The notes under the pieces were generated by a model. That model saw only the letters and a list, made by a program, of their open reading frames with translations. It searched no databases and was not told where the DNA came from. DNA of 64,000 bases, taken from NCBI GenBank assembly GCA_049513715.1, contig JBEKVV010000003.1, positions 384,001 through 448,000 of the forward strand, read 5' to 3'. Source of the stretch: Candidatus Bathyarchaeia archaeon (GTDB taxonomy: Archaea; Thermoproteota; Bathyarchaeia; 40CM-2-53-6). Of the stretch, positions 10,217 to 20,571 are shown piece by piece. Position 1 is the first letter of the stretch. Every line of letters begins with the position of its first letter. A program made the position numbers and the translations under genes.

Positions 10217-10663
10217 TTGCATTTCGAATCGAAAGCTGTTGTAAAGGCACCTGTCGACAAATTGTGGAACTTTATCTCAACACCTGACTCAATTGCACAG
10301 TGTCTCCCGGGTGTCGTGGAATACAAAGTGCTCGAAGACAAGAGGATCGAAGCGAAAGCGAAAATTGGCATTGGGTTCATCAAGGGGACCTTCAAAATCC
10401 ACAGTCGAGTTACAGAAGAAGACCCTGTGAACCATCACGCGAAACTTCTGGTCGACGGCTCCGGAGTGACAAGCGCGTTCAAAGCGGATATTCTCCTCAA
10501 CTGCAATCCTCACCCTGAAGGCACTGAGTTGAGCTGGGTCGCAGATGCCACAATAAGCGGCCCACTTGGAAGTGTTGCCAAGGGTCTACTTGAGGGCGCT
10601 GCTCAGAAGATTGTGAGTCAGACACTAGAGTGTGTCACGCAGAAAGTGTCCCAGTCGACTTAA
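10217..10663 (+). CDS. coxG: CoxG/SRPBCC family protein
   Basis: W-x-F...P...AQCLPG, ADATISGPLGSVA; directly upstream of Mo-hydroxylase genes. Confidence 0.85.
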   Translation: MHFESKAVVKAPVDKLWNFISTPDSIAQCLPGVVEYKVLEDKRIEAKAKIGIGFIKGTFKIHSRVTEEDPVNHHAKLLVDGSGVTSAFKADILLNCNPHPEGTELSWVADATISGPLGSVAKGLLEGAAQKIVSQTLECVTQKVSQST

Positions 10664-10725
10664 CCTGAATTGCTGACCCTCGGCTCTAAGAAGACTAACG
10701 AGCCAACTGAGGTTGTATGTGAGAT

Positions 10726-13074
10726 TTGAGCTACAAGTATGTTGGTAAGGAGATTCCCCGCGTCGATGCTTTCGAAAAAGTAACGGGCATGACGAAGTTC
10801 GTTGCGGATATGGAAGTTCCGGGGATGCTTTATGCAAAGTTCCTTCGAAGTCCGCACGCCCACGCACGAATCGTCAGAATTGACACCAAACGAGCAGAAG
10901 GATTTCCGGGTGTTGTAGCAGCTATCACTGGTCAAGCTTTCCCCTACAGGATGGGGTTGTATGTCAGGGACAAAATGGTCTTGGCCAAAGACAAGGTAAG
11001 ATGGGCCGGGGAACCTGTCGCAGCCATCGCTGCTGAAAGCGAAGAGGCGGCCGAAGAGGCGATAGAACTAATCGACGTTGAATACGAGCCTCTGCCCGCG
11101 GTTTTTGACGTTAATTTAGCGCTCAAACCAAGTTCACCGCTCGTTCACGAGGAACTCGCTCAGTATGAGCATTCCCCCGCGTACACTCCAGTTCCCGGTA
11201 CCAACATAGCGAACATCTTCAAAGTGCGAAAGGGCGACACTAAAGCCGGTTTCGAAAAGGCAAGCACGATAGTCGAAAACGAATTCTCGATGCCGCAGGT
11301 CAGTCACGCCGCCATGGAACCGCGTGCATGCATAGCCCAATACTTCCAAGACGGAAGCGCCGAGGTGTGGACGTGCGCACAGTCGCCTTTTGCTGTGAGA
11401 TACATACTGAGCCACGCGCTCGGAATTCCACTGCAGAAGATCAATGTCCACGTACCCCACGTTGGCGGCGGGTTCGGTGGCAAAGCAGGAATAAACTTTG
11501 AACCCCTCGTAGTTCTCCTTTCAAAATTCTCCGGAGGCCGCCCCGTCAAACTTCTCTTGACTCGAGAAGAGGAATTTACAACGGCCCCGCTCAGACAAGG
11601 ATTCTACGGATGGATCAAAACCGGAGTTGACAGGCAAGGAAAGATAGTCGCCGAGCAAATGAAATACGTCTATGATGCTGGAGCCTACGCTGACTACGGG
11701 GTGAACATCGGCCGCGCCGCAGGATACTCTTGCACGGGTCCCTATGAAGTCCCGAACATCTACTGCGACTCCATTACGGTTTATACGAACCACCCCTATG
11801 GAACCGCCTACCGTGGCTTTGGTCATCTTGAGTTCCTCTGGGCGATAGAAAGACAGTTGGACATTATCGCGAAGAAGACCGGTCTAGACCCTGTTGAAAT
11901 CAGGCTGAGAAACGCTCTGCGCCCAGGCTCAATCACCGCCACCGGTGAGAAGTTGAGAGAGGACTCGGGCAGAGTGGATCAGTGCATCAGGGACGTCGCC
12001 GAAAAGATTGGGTGGGGAAAGAAGCCTGCCGGTGCAGAGAACGGGAAATTATACGGAATCGGAATCGCCGCACTTTGGAAGGCACCCGCGATGCCACCAA
12101 ACGCGGGCTCTTCTGCCATCATAAAATTCAACGAAGATGGAAGCGCCAACCTCGCTGTCGGAGTAACCGAGATCGGACAGGGAACAACAACGAGCCTCGC
12201 ACAGATGGTCGCTGAAGAGTTGGGCATGCCCATCGAGAAAATCAAAGTCATTACAGAAAGAAACACGGACCTAACGCCATACTCCTGGCAGACGGTTGCA
12301 AGCCGAAACCTCTTCATGGAAGGTAGAGCCGTGATCAGCGCTGCACGGGACGCAAGAAACCAAATCATTGAGATGGCATCGCAAGCCCTGAGAGTTCCAA
12401 AAGAAGAACTAGTTCTCGACAACGACATGGTCTTCCCCAAAGGGGAACCCGACAAAGGCATTCCACTCCAGCAATTCGCGATGGGTTATACATACCCGAA
12501 CGGAACCGCAATAGGTGGCCCCGTAATCGGTCATGGATCATATGTTCCACGCGGATTGACATACCTCAACCCGGAGACTGGACAAGGGTTCCCAGCACTC
12601 GACTGGACCTTCGGAGCGCAAGCAGTCAAGATTGAAGTCGACCCAGAGACCGGCGAAGTGAAGGTCTTGAAGGTCGCTTCAGCATTCGATATAGGCAAGA
12701 CCATCAACCCACTCCTGGTGCGTGGACAAGTCTACGGCGGTATGCTCCAATCACTCGGCATCGGCGTGATGGAAGGATACATCTACGACGAAAAGGGCTC
12801 TATGCTCAACAGCAATTTCACTGACTATAAGATCGCAAGAGCTACTGACATGCCTCCAGAACACATCCTCACTCTGATCGAGAACCCACAATCCGACGGA
12901 CCATTCGGCGCTAGAGGTATAGGGGAACTGACAATGCTCTCGATTCCCCCAGCAATTGCCAGCGCCATCTCCAACGCCACAGGCGTGGAAATGTTCAATC
13001 TTCCCATGACACAGGAGCGAATCTGGGCCGCCATTATGGAACAGAAACCAGAACTGCTCAAAGGAGGGAAATGA
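10726..13074 (+). CDS. Xanthine dehydrogenase-family molybdopterin-binding subunit, copy 1
   Basis: RSPHAHARI, VGGGFGGK, AYRGFG, EIGQG, GARGIGE (catalytic Glu present). Confidence 0.95.
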   Translation: MSYKYVGKEIPRVDAFEKVTGMTKFVADMEVPGMLYAKFLRSPHAHARIVRIDTKRAEGFPGVVAAITGQAFPYRMGLYVRDKMVLAKDKVRWAGEPVAAIAAESEEAAEEAIELIDVEYEPLPAVFDVNLALKPSSPLVHEELAQYEHSPAYTPVPGTNIANIFKVRKGDTKAGFEKASTIVENEFSMPQVSHAAMEPRACIAQYFQDGSAEVWTCAQSPFAVRYILSHALGIPLQKINVHVPHVGGGFGGKAGINFEPLVVLLSKFSGGRPVKLLLTREEEFTTAPLRQGFYGWIKTGVDRQGKIVAEQMKYVYDAGAYADYGVNIGRAAGYSCTGPYEVPNIYCDSITVYTNHPYGTAYRGFGHLEFLWAIERQLDIIAKKTGLDPVEIRLRNALRPGSITATGEKLREDSGRVDQCIRDVAEKIGWGKKPAGAENGKLYGIGIAALWKAPAMPPNAGSSAIIKFNEDGSANLAVGVTEIGQGTTTSLAQMVAEELGMPIEKIKVITERNTDLTPYSWQTVASRNLFMEGRAVISAARDARNQIIEMASQALRVPKEELVLDNDMVFPKGEPDKGIPLQQFAMGYTYPNGTAIGGPVIGHGSYVPRGLTYLNPETGQGFPALDWTFGAQAVKIEVDPETGEVKVLKVASAFDIGKTINPLLVRGQVYGGMLQSLGIGVMEGYIYDEKGSMLNSNFTDYKIARATDMPPEHILTLIENPQSDGPFGARGIGELTMLSIPPAIASAISNATGVEMFNLPMTQERIWAAIMEQKPELLKGGK

Positions 13075-13078
13075 GAAG

Positions 13079-13942
13079 TTGCTTCCGAAATTCGATTACC
13101 TCGCACCACAAACCATCGAAGAAACCCTCACACTCCTAAACGAGCACAGAGGTGACGCCAAATTGCTCGCAGGCGGCACAGACATCATCGTTAATCTGAG
13201 AGCGAGACAGGAACACGCCAAATACCTCATCGACATCAAAGATGTGAAGGAACTTCAGCATATCTCATTCGACGAGAAAGGCGGGCTAACTCTCGGCGCT
13301 GCAGTTACCCTGAACCAACTAATTCACCATGACATGGTTTCAAAGATCTACCCAATTCTCGGAGAAGCTGCGAGCACGATAGGTGATTATGAGATTCGTA
13401 ACAGGGCCACGCTCGTAGGCAACATATGCAACGCCTCACCAGCGGCGGACACTGCGCCTGCCCTCTTGATTCTGGACGCAACCGTCAATGTCTCAAGCAC
13501 TGCAGGCAAGCGAAAAGTCCCGATTAGAGAATTCTTCACGGGCGTTAAGAAGACGAGCTTGGTAGGCAACGAACTTGTAACCTCAGTGAATGTGCCCATT
13601 CCCCCTGAAAAATCCCAAGCGGGCTACCTGAAAGCCCGCAGGACAACAGGAGAAGACGTGGCCGTGATTGGGGTAGCAGGACTCGTAGCTCCAAACGGCA
13701 AAGATGCGAAGAGTGTCAGACTCGCATATGCGTCACTGGCGCCGACACCAGTCCGAGCATACGATGCGGAGAAGATCTTTGAGAAAAGGAAACCGGTTAA
13801 CCAGCTTCTAGACGAAGCAATGCCCGCGGTAATGAAAGTGGTCTCACCGATTTCTGATGTAAGAGCCGGCAAAGAATACCGTGCTAACCTAGTCAGGGTA
13901 CTGACGAAGAGATTAGTGCAACGACTGTGGGAGGCAATCTAA
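13079..13942 (+). CDS. Xanthine dehydrogenase-family FAD-binding subunit, copy 1
   Basis: AGGTD, IRNRATLVGNICNASPAAD, PISDVRAGKEYR. Confidence 0.95.
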   Translation: MLPKFDYLAPQTIEETLTLLNEHRGDAKLLAGGTDIIVNLRARQEHAKYLIDIKDVKELQHISFDEKGGLTLGAAVTLNQLIHHDMVSKIYPILGEAASTIGDYEIRNRATLVGNICNASPAADTAPALLILDATVNVSSTAGKRKVPIREFFTGVKKTSLVGNELVTSVNVPIPPEKSQAGYLKARRTTGEDVAVIGVAGLVAPNGKDAKSVRLAYASLAPTPVRAYDAEKIFEKRKPVNQLLDEAMPAVMKVVSPISDVRAGKEYRANLVRVLTKRLVQRLWEAI

Positions 13943-14413
13943 TTGGCTAAACATACGATTGATCTTACTGTGAACGAAAAACACCACAGCATAGAGACAG
14001 AATCAAACAAGACATTGTTATGGGTCTTGCGACACAAAATAGGATTGACTGGCACCAAAACAGCGTGCGAACGCGGTGACTGTGGTCTCTGCACGGTACT
14101 CATTGATGACGAACCAGTGAAATCATGCCTGATTCTTGCAGTCGAAGCTAACGGTCGAAAGATTACAACCATTGAGGGACTTACCAAGGATGGCGCGCTC
14201 TCACCGATTCAAACCAAATTCATTGAACACGGTGCTCTTCAATGCGGTTTCTGCACACCGGCAGCAGTCCTCTCAGCCACAGCCCTACTCAAGCGAAACC
14301 CGTCACCAACACGAGAGCAAGTCATCGAATCCGTAGAGCCCGTACTATGCAGATGCACAGGTTACAGGCAAATCGTTGACGCAATTCTGGATGCGTCAAA
14401 AGCGAAAACCTGA
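13943..14413 (+). CDS. Xanthine dehydrogenase-family 2x[2Fe-2S] subunit, copy 1
   Basis: CERGDCGLC...SC, QCGFCTP, LCRCTGY. Confidence 0.95.
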   Translation: MAKHTIDLTVNEKHHSIETESNKTLLWVLRHKIGLTGTKTACERGDCGLCTVLIDDEPVKSCLILAVEANGRKITTIEGLTKDGALSPIQTKFIEHGALQCGFCTPAAVLSATALLKRNPSPTREQVIESVEPVLCRCTGYRQIVDAILDASKAKT

Positions 14414-14583
14414 CTTTTCCACAAATCATCCTGACCTGTCAGATATTGCAAAATGTGGAAAACGGCCTAGAATCGGTCCACATTAGAATCTCAAAAAGCG
14501 CTGAAATCATCGAGCGCTATCCGATATCATTAAAGCGACAACGTAATTCACTCTAATCACCCGTTCAATCTGAGCCGGTCAAA

Positions 14584-16959
14584 ATGGTATACATTGGAAA
14601 GTCGATACCGCAACTCGATTCATTCCTGAAGGTCACCGGTACCGCAACCTACGCCTTCGATATTGAACTTCCAGGAATGTTGTACGCAAAGCTCGTAACA
14701 AGCCCACACGCCCACGCCCGAATAATGAAGATAGACACCAGCAAGGCGGAAAGCATCCCAGGAGTTGTGGCAGTAGCAACAGGGTCCGAATTCCCTTACA
14801 GATTGGGAATCTACGTTGGGGACAGAGATGTTCTTGCCGTGGACAAAGTCAGATGGGTAGGTCACCCAGTTGCTGCGGTTGTAGCCGAAACGTTGGAGGC
14901 TGCTGAACAGGCAATCGATCAGGTTGAAATTGATTACGAGCCATTACCCACTCTATTCGATCCTTTGGAGGCCCTCAAGCCTGATGCTCCCGTAATACAT
15001 GAGAAGATGTCGGAATACCGAGTCTCCCCCGCCTTCAAACCGATTCCTGGCACGAACATTGCGAATCAATTCAAGCTTGTCAGAGGAGACGTTAAGAGAG
15101 GCTTCCAAGAATGTGATATGATCATTGAGGGCGAGTTTGACATTCCTCACGTCACCCACGGATTCATGGAACTGCAGTCCGTCATAGCCGACTACAAGAA
15201 AGATGGCACTGTGGAGATTTGGACGAGCACACAATCACCATTCTCCACCCGATACCTCATGGCGTTGTCACTCGGAATACCAGTTAACAAGATCATAATC
15301 AAAGCACCACTGTGTGGCGGAGGGTTCGGCGGTAAGGTAGGAATCGGATGGGAGCCACTGGTGGCGCTCCTATCCAAGAAAGCCGGATACAAACCCGTCA
15401 AACTGGTTCTCTCAAGAAAAGAACAGTTCTGCTCTGCGCCTCTCAGAGAGGGATTCCACGCATCAGTCAAAGCGGGATTCAGAAAGGACGGAAAACTGTT
15501 CGCATACAAAGCACGTTTCGTGATGGACGCTGGCGGCTACGCTGACTACACCGTAAACGTTTGTCGAGCTGCTGGATATTCTTCTGAGGGATGCTACGAG
15601 GTTCCTAACATATACTGCGAGTCACTTGCCGTATACACTACAAAGGTTCCTACGTCAGCGATGAGAGGTTTCGGCTACCCAGAAAGCCACTGGGCACTAG
15701 AACGCATCATGGAAATGGCGGCTGAGAAACTGAAGATCGACCCAGTCGATATTCGCATGAAGAACCTCTTGAAACCAGGTATCTCTGAAACTGGGACGGG
15801 GGAGCGACTGCGAGAAGATGCCGGCGACCCTGTAAGCGTCCTGAAATCCGTGGCGCAATCACTCAATTGGGGAAAGCCCTCCGAGAAACCTACCCAACCC
15901 GGGCACTTCAGAGGGAGAGGCCTAGCGCTATGTCTCAAAGGACCAGCGCAACCACCGAACGCTGCTGCCTCAGCCATTTTGAAATTCAATGAAGACGTTT
16001 CCATCGACCTCATAATCGGCACAGGATCCTTCGGCCAAGGAACACCTACGGGCCTAAGTCAAATCGTCGCCGATGAACTAGGCATACCAATAGAGAAAGT
16101 TCGCGTCGGACTCGTCAGAAGCACCGACGTGTCCGCCTACACTTGGCAGACTGTTGGGAGCCGAGGTCTGTTCACGGACGGAATAGCCGTAATGGACGCG
16201 CTTAAGGATGTCAAATCCCAGATCAATGAAGTTGCGTCACAAGTTCTCAAAGTCAGACCTGATGATCTCGAAATTGCGAATGAACGGGTCTCCGTGAAAG
16301 GCAGCCCTTGGCATGGCCTTCCATTAAGCGAAGTTGTTTTCGGATACACGTACCCGGATGGAAGCTCAATCGGTGGACCCATCATTGGACATGGAAAATT
16401 CATGTCCTCACTTACAACTTACCTGAACCCCGACACCGGCCAAGGCGTTCCAACAATCTTCCACACTTTCGGCGGCTCCGGCGTCGAAATAGAAGTCGAT
16501 GTCTTAACGGGAGAAATTAAGATCCTGAAGGCCGTTTCAGCTTTCGATATCGGAAAGGCAGTGAACCCCCTACTGTTGAAAGGCCAGATTGATGGTGGTT
16601 TCATAATGGGACAGAGCGTTGCAATTCACGAAGAAGTCCTGTTCGATGACCAAGGGTGGGTCCTGAATCCAAATCTGTCCAATTACATGATTCTCAGAGC
16701 GAAAGAGGCACCCGACGAGATTGAAGGCATCCTAGTCGAAACACCGCAAAAAGATGGTCCGCATGGTGCTAGAGGAATCGGCGAACTTGTAATGGTGGCG
16801 GTTGCACCAGCCATTGCAAACGCGATCTTCCATGCAATCGGCGTTCAAATCACCAAGCTGCCAATGTCACCAGAAAACGTTTGGAAAGCAATCCAAGAAC
16901 AGAAACCAGAACTCATTGAGCAAGCGAAGCGCCAATTGAAAATGAACGGAGGCGAATGA
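14584..16959 (+). CDS. Xanthine dehydrogenase-family molybdopterin-binding subunit, copy 2
   Basis: SPHAHARI, CGGGFGGK, AMRGFG, GARGIGE; colinear with copy 1. Confidence 0.95.
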   Translation: MVYIGKSIPQLDSFLKVTGTATYAFDIELPGMLYAKLVTSPHAHARIMKIDTSKAESIPGVVAVATGSEFPYRLGIYVGDRDVLAVDKVRWVGHPVAAVVAETLEAAEQAIDQVEIDYEPLPTLFDPLEALKPDAPVIHEKMSEYRVSPAFKPIPGTNIANQFKLVRGDVKRGFQECDMIIEGEFDIPHVTHGFMELQSVIADYKKDGTVEIWTSTQSPFSTRYLMALSLGIPVNKIIIKAPLCGGGFGGKVGIGWEPLVALLSKKAGYKPVKLVLSRKEQFCSAPLREGFHASVKAGFRKDGKLFAYKARFVMDAGGYADYTVNVCRAAGYSSEGCYEVPNIYCESLAVYTTKVPTSAMRGFGYPESHWALERIMEMAAEKLKIDPVDIRMKNLLKPGISETGTGERLREDAGDPVSVLKSVAQSLNWGKPSEKPTQPGHFRGRGLALCLKGPAQPPNAAASAILKFNEDVSIDLIIGTGSFGQGTPTGLSQIVADELGIPIEKVRVGLVRSTDVSAYTWQTVGSRGLFTDGIAVMDALKDVKSQINEVASQVLKVRPDDLEIANERVSVKGSPWHGLPLSEVVFGYTYPDGSSIGGPIIGHGKFMSSLTTYLNPDTGQGVPTIFHTFGGSGVEIEVDVLTGEIKILKAVSAFDIGKAVNPLLLKGQIDGGFIMGQSVAIHEEVLFDDQGWVLNPNLSNYMILRAKEAPDEIEGILVETPQKDGPHGARGIGELVMVAVAPAIANAIFHAIGVQITKLPMSPENVWKAIQEQKPELIEQAKRQLKMNGGE

Positions 16960-16960
16960 G

Positions 16961-17842
16961 ATGTCGTTCGGATCATCGTACATGACACTACCAGAATTCC
17001 AATACATGAGGCCAACGTCACTCCAAGAAGCTCTTCAACTACTCGACGAACACAAGGATGAGGCCAAGATTATGGCTGGTGGCGTTGGCTTGCTGGCGTT
17101 CATGAAGGAACGCCTAGTCAGCCCAACGTATGTCGTGGACATTAAAGGAATCAAGGAGCTTGAGACTCTCCGTGACGAGGGTTCCAAAGGAGTGTCGATC
17201 GGCGCGACTCCATCACTCAGCCAATTACTCGACTGGCCTCCACTGAAAGAAAAATATCGAGCGTTGTATGATTGCGTCTCTAAACTAAGCGACCCAGTCC
17301 TGCGAAATCGGTCGACCCTTTTGGGCGACCTCTGTGAGGCGCTGCCTTTCGTTGACTCACCAACTCCACTCTTGATCTTTGACGCAGAAGTCGAGGCTGC
17401 CAGCGTAAAAGGAAGAAGAAGGATACCTGTGAACGAATTCATCAAAGGCCTCGCCGAGGTCGCTCTCGAACCCAACGAGATTGCCGTGGCCGTGCATCTC
17501 AAACCCCCACCCGAGAACTCCAAGAGCCTATTCCTAAAACACACATCGAATAGCGAATTCAGCGTGGTAAACGTAGCCGCACTTTGCGCGAATCCTTCTC
17601 GCCCCGAGGACCGAGTTGTCAGATTCTCTTATGGGGCACTTGCTCCGGCACCAACTCGAGTTCACGAAGTAGAAGAAATTTTCAAGCGCAAGGCTTCAGT
17701 CTCCCAGCTCATAGACGACGCAGTTAATGCCATCAAGAAGTCGGCGGACCCCATGACAGATGTTCTTGCGAAAGCAGAGTATAGAGCGCACATTCTCGAA
17801 GTGTTAGCTGTAAGAGCGCTCGGCAAGTTGTTGGGAGAGTGA
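16961..17842 (+). CDS. Xanthine dehydrogenase-family FAD-binding subunit, copy 2 (divergent motifs)
   Basis: AGGVG, LRNRSTLLGDLC, PMTDVLAKAEYR. Confidence 0.92.
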   Translation: MSFGSSYMTLPEFQYMRPTSLQEALQLLDEHKDEAKIMAGGVGLLAFMKERLVSPTYVVDIKGIKELETLRDEGSKGVSIGATPSLSQLLDWPPLKEKYRALYDCVSKLSDPVLRNRSTLLGDLCEALPFVDSPTPLLIFDAEVEAASVKGRRRIPVNEFIKGLAEVALEPNEIAVAVHLKPPPENSKSLFLKHTSNSEFSVVNVAALCANPSRPEDRVVRFSYGALAPAPTRVHEVEEIFKRKASVSQLIDDAVNAIKKSADPMTDVLAKAEYRAHILEVLAVRALGKLLGE

Positions 17843-17846
17843 GAAG

Positions 17847-18383
17847 ATGACTCAAACGATTGACATAACGGTTAACGGTGCACGAAGGAAAGTCGAAACC
17901 AAGGACAACGCACTCCTGCTCGACCTAATACGGGACAAAATAGATGTGAAGAGCGTAAAAGCAGGGTGTTGGCGAGGAGAGTGTGGCCTTTGCACAGTTT
18001 TGCTCGATGGAAAACCAGTGAAGTCCTGCCTCGTATTGGCTGTGGAAGCGAACGGAAGAGAAGTCAAGACAGCAGAAGGACTAGCGCCAGAAGGACAACT
18101 AGCCCGCATACAGCAGTTGTTTGTTGAGAAAGGGGCAATGCAATGCGGCTTCTGTACGCCCTCCTTTGTGCTAACCGCATACTACTCACTTCAACGCAAT
18201 TCGAACCCAACCGAGCAAGAAATCAGAGAATTCCTGAGTGGCCACATCTGCCGCTGCGGAACCTACAAACAAATCATTGAAGCAATTCTAGAATATGCGA
18301 AGGAAATGAGGCAGGAGGAAAAGATCCCATTGCCTCAGCCCCCTCGTAAGAAGAAAGAAATGAAAAATGAGCAATCCCGCTAG
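17847..18383 (+). CDS. Xanthine dehydrogenase-family 2x[2Fe-2S] subunit, copy 2
   Basis: CWRGECGLC...SC, QCGFCTP, ICRCGTY; basic C-terminal tail. Confidence 0.95.
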   Translation: MTQTIDITVNGARRKVETKDNALLLDLIRDKIDVKSVKAGCWRGECGLCTVLLDGKPVKSCLVLAVEANGREVKTAEGLAPEGQLARIQQLFVEKGAMQCGFCTPSFVLTAYYSLQRNSNPTEQEIREFLSGHICRCGTYKQIIEAILEYAKEMRQEEKIPLPQPPRKKKEMKNEQSR

Positions 18384-18482
18384 AAGACGAACATCCGCCT
18401 ATAATCTAGACTTATCAGCGGTAGAATTCTGCCGAAGCTTACAATAAGCCCAGAATGGAGTGTTTTCAGATAGGGCACCGGT

Positions 18483-20105
18483 TTGAAAACCAATCTTCAA
18501 GCACGCAAGAAGGAAGAGCTACCTCCTCCAGTTTTTGCCACAGATTCCGGACTGTCCGTAAAGCCCCTCTACACAGCCAAGGATGCTACCCCAAACAGTC
18601 TTGATGAACTCTCCGCTCCTGGAGAATTTCCATACACCCGCGGAATATACCCTACGATGTATAGAGAAAGGCTGTGGACGATAAGGCAGTATGCAGGATT
18701 CGGAAGCGCGGAAGAGACCAATCGTCGATTCAAGTACCTCATCACCCAAGGACAGACTGGTCTGAGCATTGCTTTCGATCTTCCCACTCAGCTAGGCTAC
18801 GACTCAGACCATCGCAAGGCTGGAGGTGAGATCGGAAGAGTTGGCGTTCCTATCTCTTCCCTGAAAGACATGGAAACGCTATTCGATGGTATCAAGCTCG
18901 ATCAAGTCAGCACATCCATGACGATCAACGCCACGGCCCCCATCCTACTCTCAATGTACGTTGCCGTCGCGGACCAACAGGGGTTAAACAGTCAACTCTT
19001 GCGAGGAACCACTCAGAATGAGATTCTCAAGGAGTATGAGGCCAGAAACACCTACATCTACCCACCAGGCCCCTCGATGAGGTTGGCAGTAGATCTGATA
19101 GAATACTGTGCGAAAGAGGTTTCCAAGTGGTATCCAATCAGCATTAGCGGCTATCACATGAGAGAAGCCGGCGCGAACGCGATCCAAGAAATCGCATTCA
19201 CGTTAGGAAACGCGATAGCCTACGTGGACGCGTGTCAGCAGCGAGGGTTGAAGGTTGATGATTTCGCACCAAGGCTATCCTTCTTCTTTACCTGCACGAA
19301 TGATTTCATGGAGGAAATAGCGAAGTTTCGCGCGGCCCGACGCCTTTGGGCGCGCATAATGAAAGACAAGTACCATGCAACAAAACCTGAATCCATGATG
19401 ATGCGCTTCCACGTACAGACGAGCGGACAGACACTCACCGCACAGCAACCAGAAAACAACATAATCCGAGTGACCTTGCAGGCGCTGGCGGCAGTCTTGG
19501 GCGGAACACAATCACTCCACACGTGCTCTAGGGACGAAGCACTTTCGCTTCCCACAGAGGAGTCTGTGAAGATTGCCCTAAGGACTCAACAGATCATTGC
19601 TCACGAGTGTGGTGTGACCCACACCGTTGACCCTTTAGGAGGATCCTACTACCTCGAATCCCTCACCTCGCAATTGGAAGAAGCAGCACAACGTGAACTA
19701 GAACGAATCGATGGAAAGGGAGGAATGGTCAAAGCGATAGAATCGGGGTACGTTCAAAGAGAGATTCAGCAAAGCGCATACGAGCACCAGAAACTCGTGG
19801 AAACTCAGAAGAAAGTCATCGTTGGGGTGAACAAATTCGCGGAAAATCAAGAACTAGGCATTGGAATTCATCGCATTACACCTGACATGACCGAAAATCA
19901 ACTCCGACGCCTAAAACGAGTAAAGCAATCTCGTGACGATCAGCAAGTTACCAAAGCATTGCAGAGAATCAAAGACGCCGCATCGCAGGATGAGAATCTG
20001 ATGCCGCACATAATTCAAGCGGTCAAAGCGCTATGCACAACAGGGGAGATCAGCGACTCGTTGAGGACGGTCTACGGAGAATATCACCCTCGCCCAACTT
20101 TCTAG
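18483..20105 (+). CDS. Methylmalonyl-CoA mutase, substrate-binding (large) subunit
   Basis: PGEFPYTRG, WTIRQYAGFG (specificity Tyr), LKEYEAR (Arg), ISISGYHMREAG; no B12-binding domain. Confidence 0.93.
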   Translation: MKTNLQARKKEELPPPVFATDSGLSVKPLYTAKDATPNSLDELSAPGEFPYTRGIYPTMYRERLWTIRQYAGFGSAEETNRRFKYLITQGQTGLSIAFDLPTQLGYDSDHRKAGGEIGRVGVPISSLKDMETLFDGIKLDQVSTSMTINATAPILLSMYVAVADQQGLNSQLLRGTTQNEILKEYEARNTYIYPPGPSMRLAVDLIEYCAKEVSKWYPISISGYHMREAGANAIQEIAFTLGNAIAYVDACQQRGLKVDDFAPRLSFFFTCTNDFMEEIAKFRAARRLWARIMKDKYHATKPESMMMRFHVQTSGQTLTAQQPENNIIRVTLQALAAVLGGTQSLHTCSRDEALSLPTEESVKIALRTQQIIAHECGVTHTVDPLGGSYYLESLTSQLEEAAQRELERIDGKGGMVKAIESGYVQREIQQSAYEHQKLVETQKKVIVGVNKFAENQELGIGIHRITPDMTENQLRRLKRVKQSRDDQQVTKALQRIKDAASQDENLMPHIIQAVKALCTTGEISDSLRTVYGEYHPRPTF

Positions 20106-20111
20106 AGGCGA

Positions 20112-20516
20112 ATGCGCATGAAAATTGACCACATCGGTATTGCAGTAAAGAACCTTCAGGAAGCTCTCAGGCAGTATGAGAAGATTCTGAACAAGCCGGA
20201 TGTCCAAATCGAAGAGGTCCCTTCTGAGAAGGTGCGTGTTGCAATGATTCCTGTCGGCGAAACACGCATTGAATTCCTTGAACCCCTTAGTGACGAGAGT
20301 GCAATCGCGAAATTCATCGCCGAAAAGGGTGAGGGGATTCACCACATTGCGCTTGCTGTTGAGGACGTCAAAGGTGATATAGGAAGACTTTCAGAGGCAG
20401 GGCTCCGAGTTCTCTACCCTGAACCACGACCGGGCTCTCATGGGAAAATGATTACCTTCATTCATCCAAAGTCCGCGAAAGGAGTATTGCTTGAACTCTG
20501 CCAACTCCCGAAATGA
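20112..20516 (+). CDS. mce: Methylmalonyl-CoA epimerase
   Basis: IDHIGIAV, IEFLEP, GEGIHHIA, FIHPKSAKGVLLEL. Confidence 0.93.
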   Translation: MRMKIDHIGIAVKNLQEALRQYEKILNKPDVQIEEVPSEKVRVAMIPVGETRIEFLEPLSDESAIAKFIAEKGEGIHHIALAVEDVKGDIGRLSEAGLRVLYPEPRPGSHGKMITFIHPKSAKGVLLELCQLPK

Positions 20517-20571
20517 GCGGAACTCATTATATTCCACTCGAACAGGGAACTGAGGTTACCAGGTCTCGGCT

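Noticed and set aside
14415..14462. Inverted repeat TTTTCCACA...TGTGGAAAA after the first XDH set
   Set aside because: Long loop and a single occurrence; terminator, operator and chance cannot be distinguished.
10726..16959. Aerobic CO dehydrogenase (coxL) call
   Set aside because: Active-site loops are AYRGFG and AMRGFG, not AYxCSFR (form I) or AYxGAGR (form II).
18483..20105. Isobutyryl- or hydroxyisobutyryl-CoA mutase
   Set aside because: The RQY Tyr and the conserved Arg match methylmalonyl-CoA mutase specificity.
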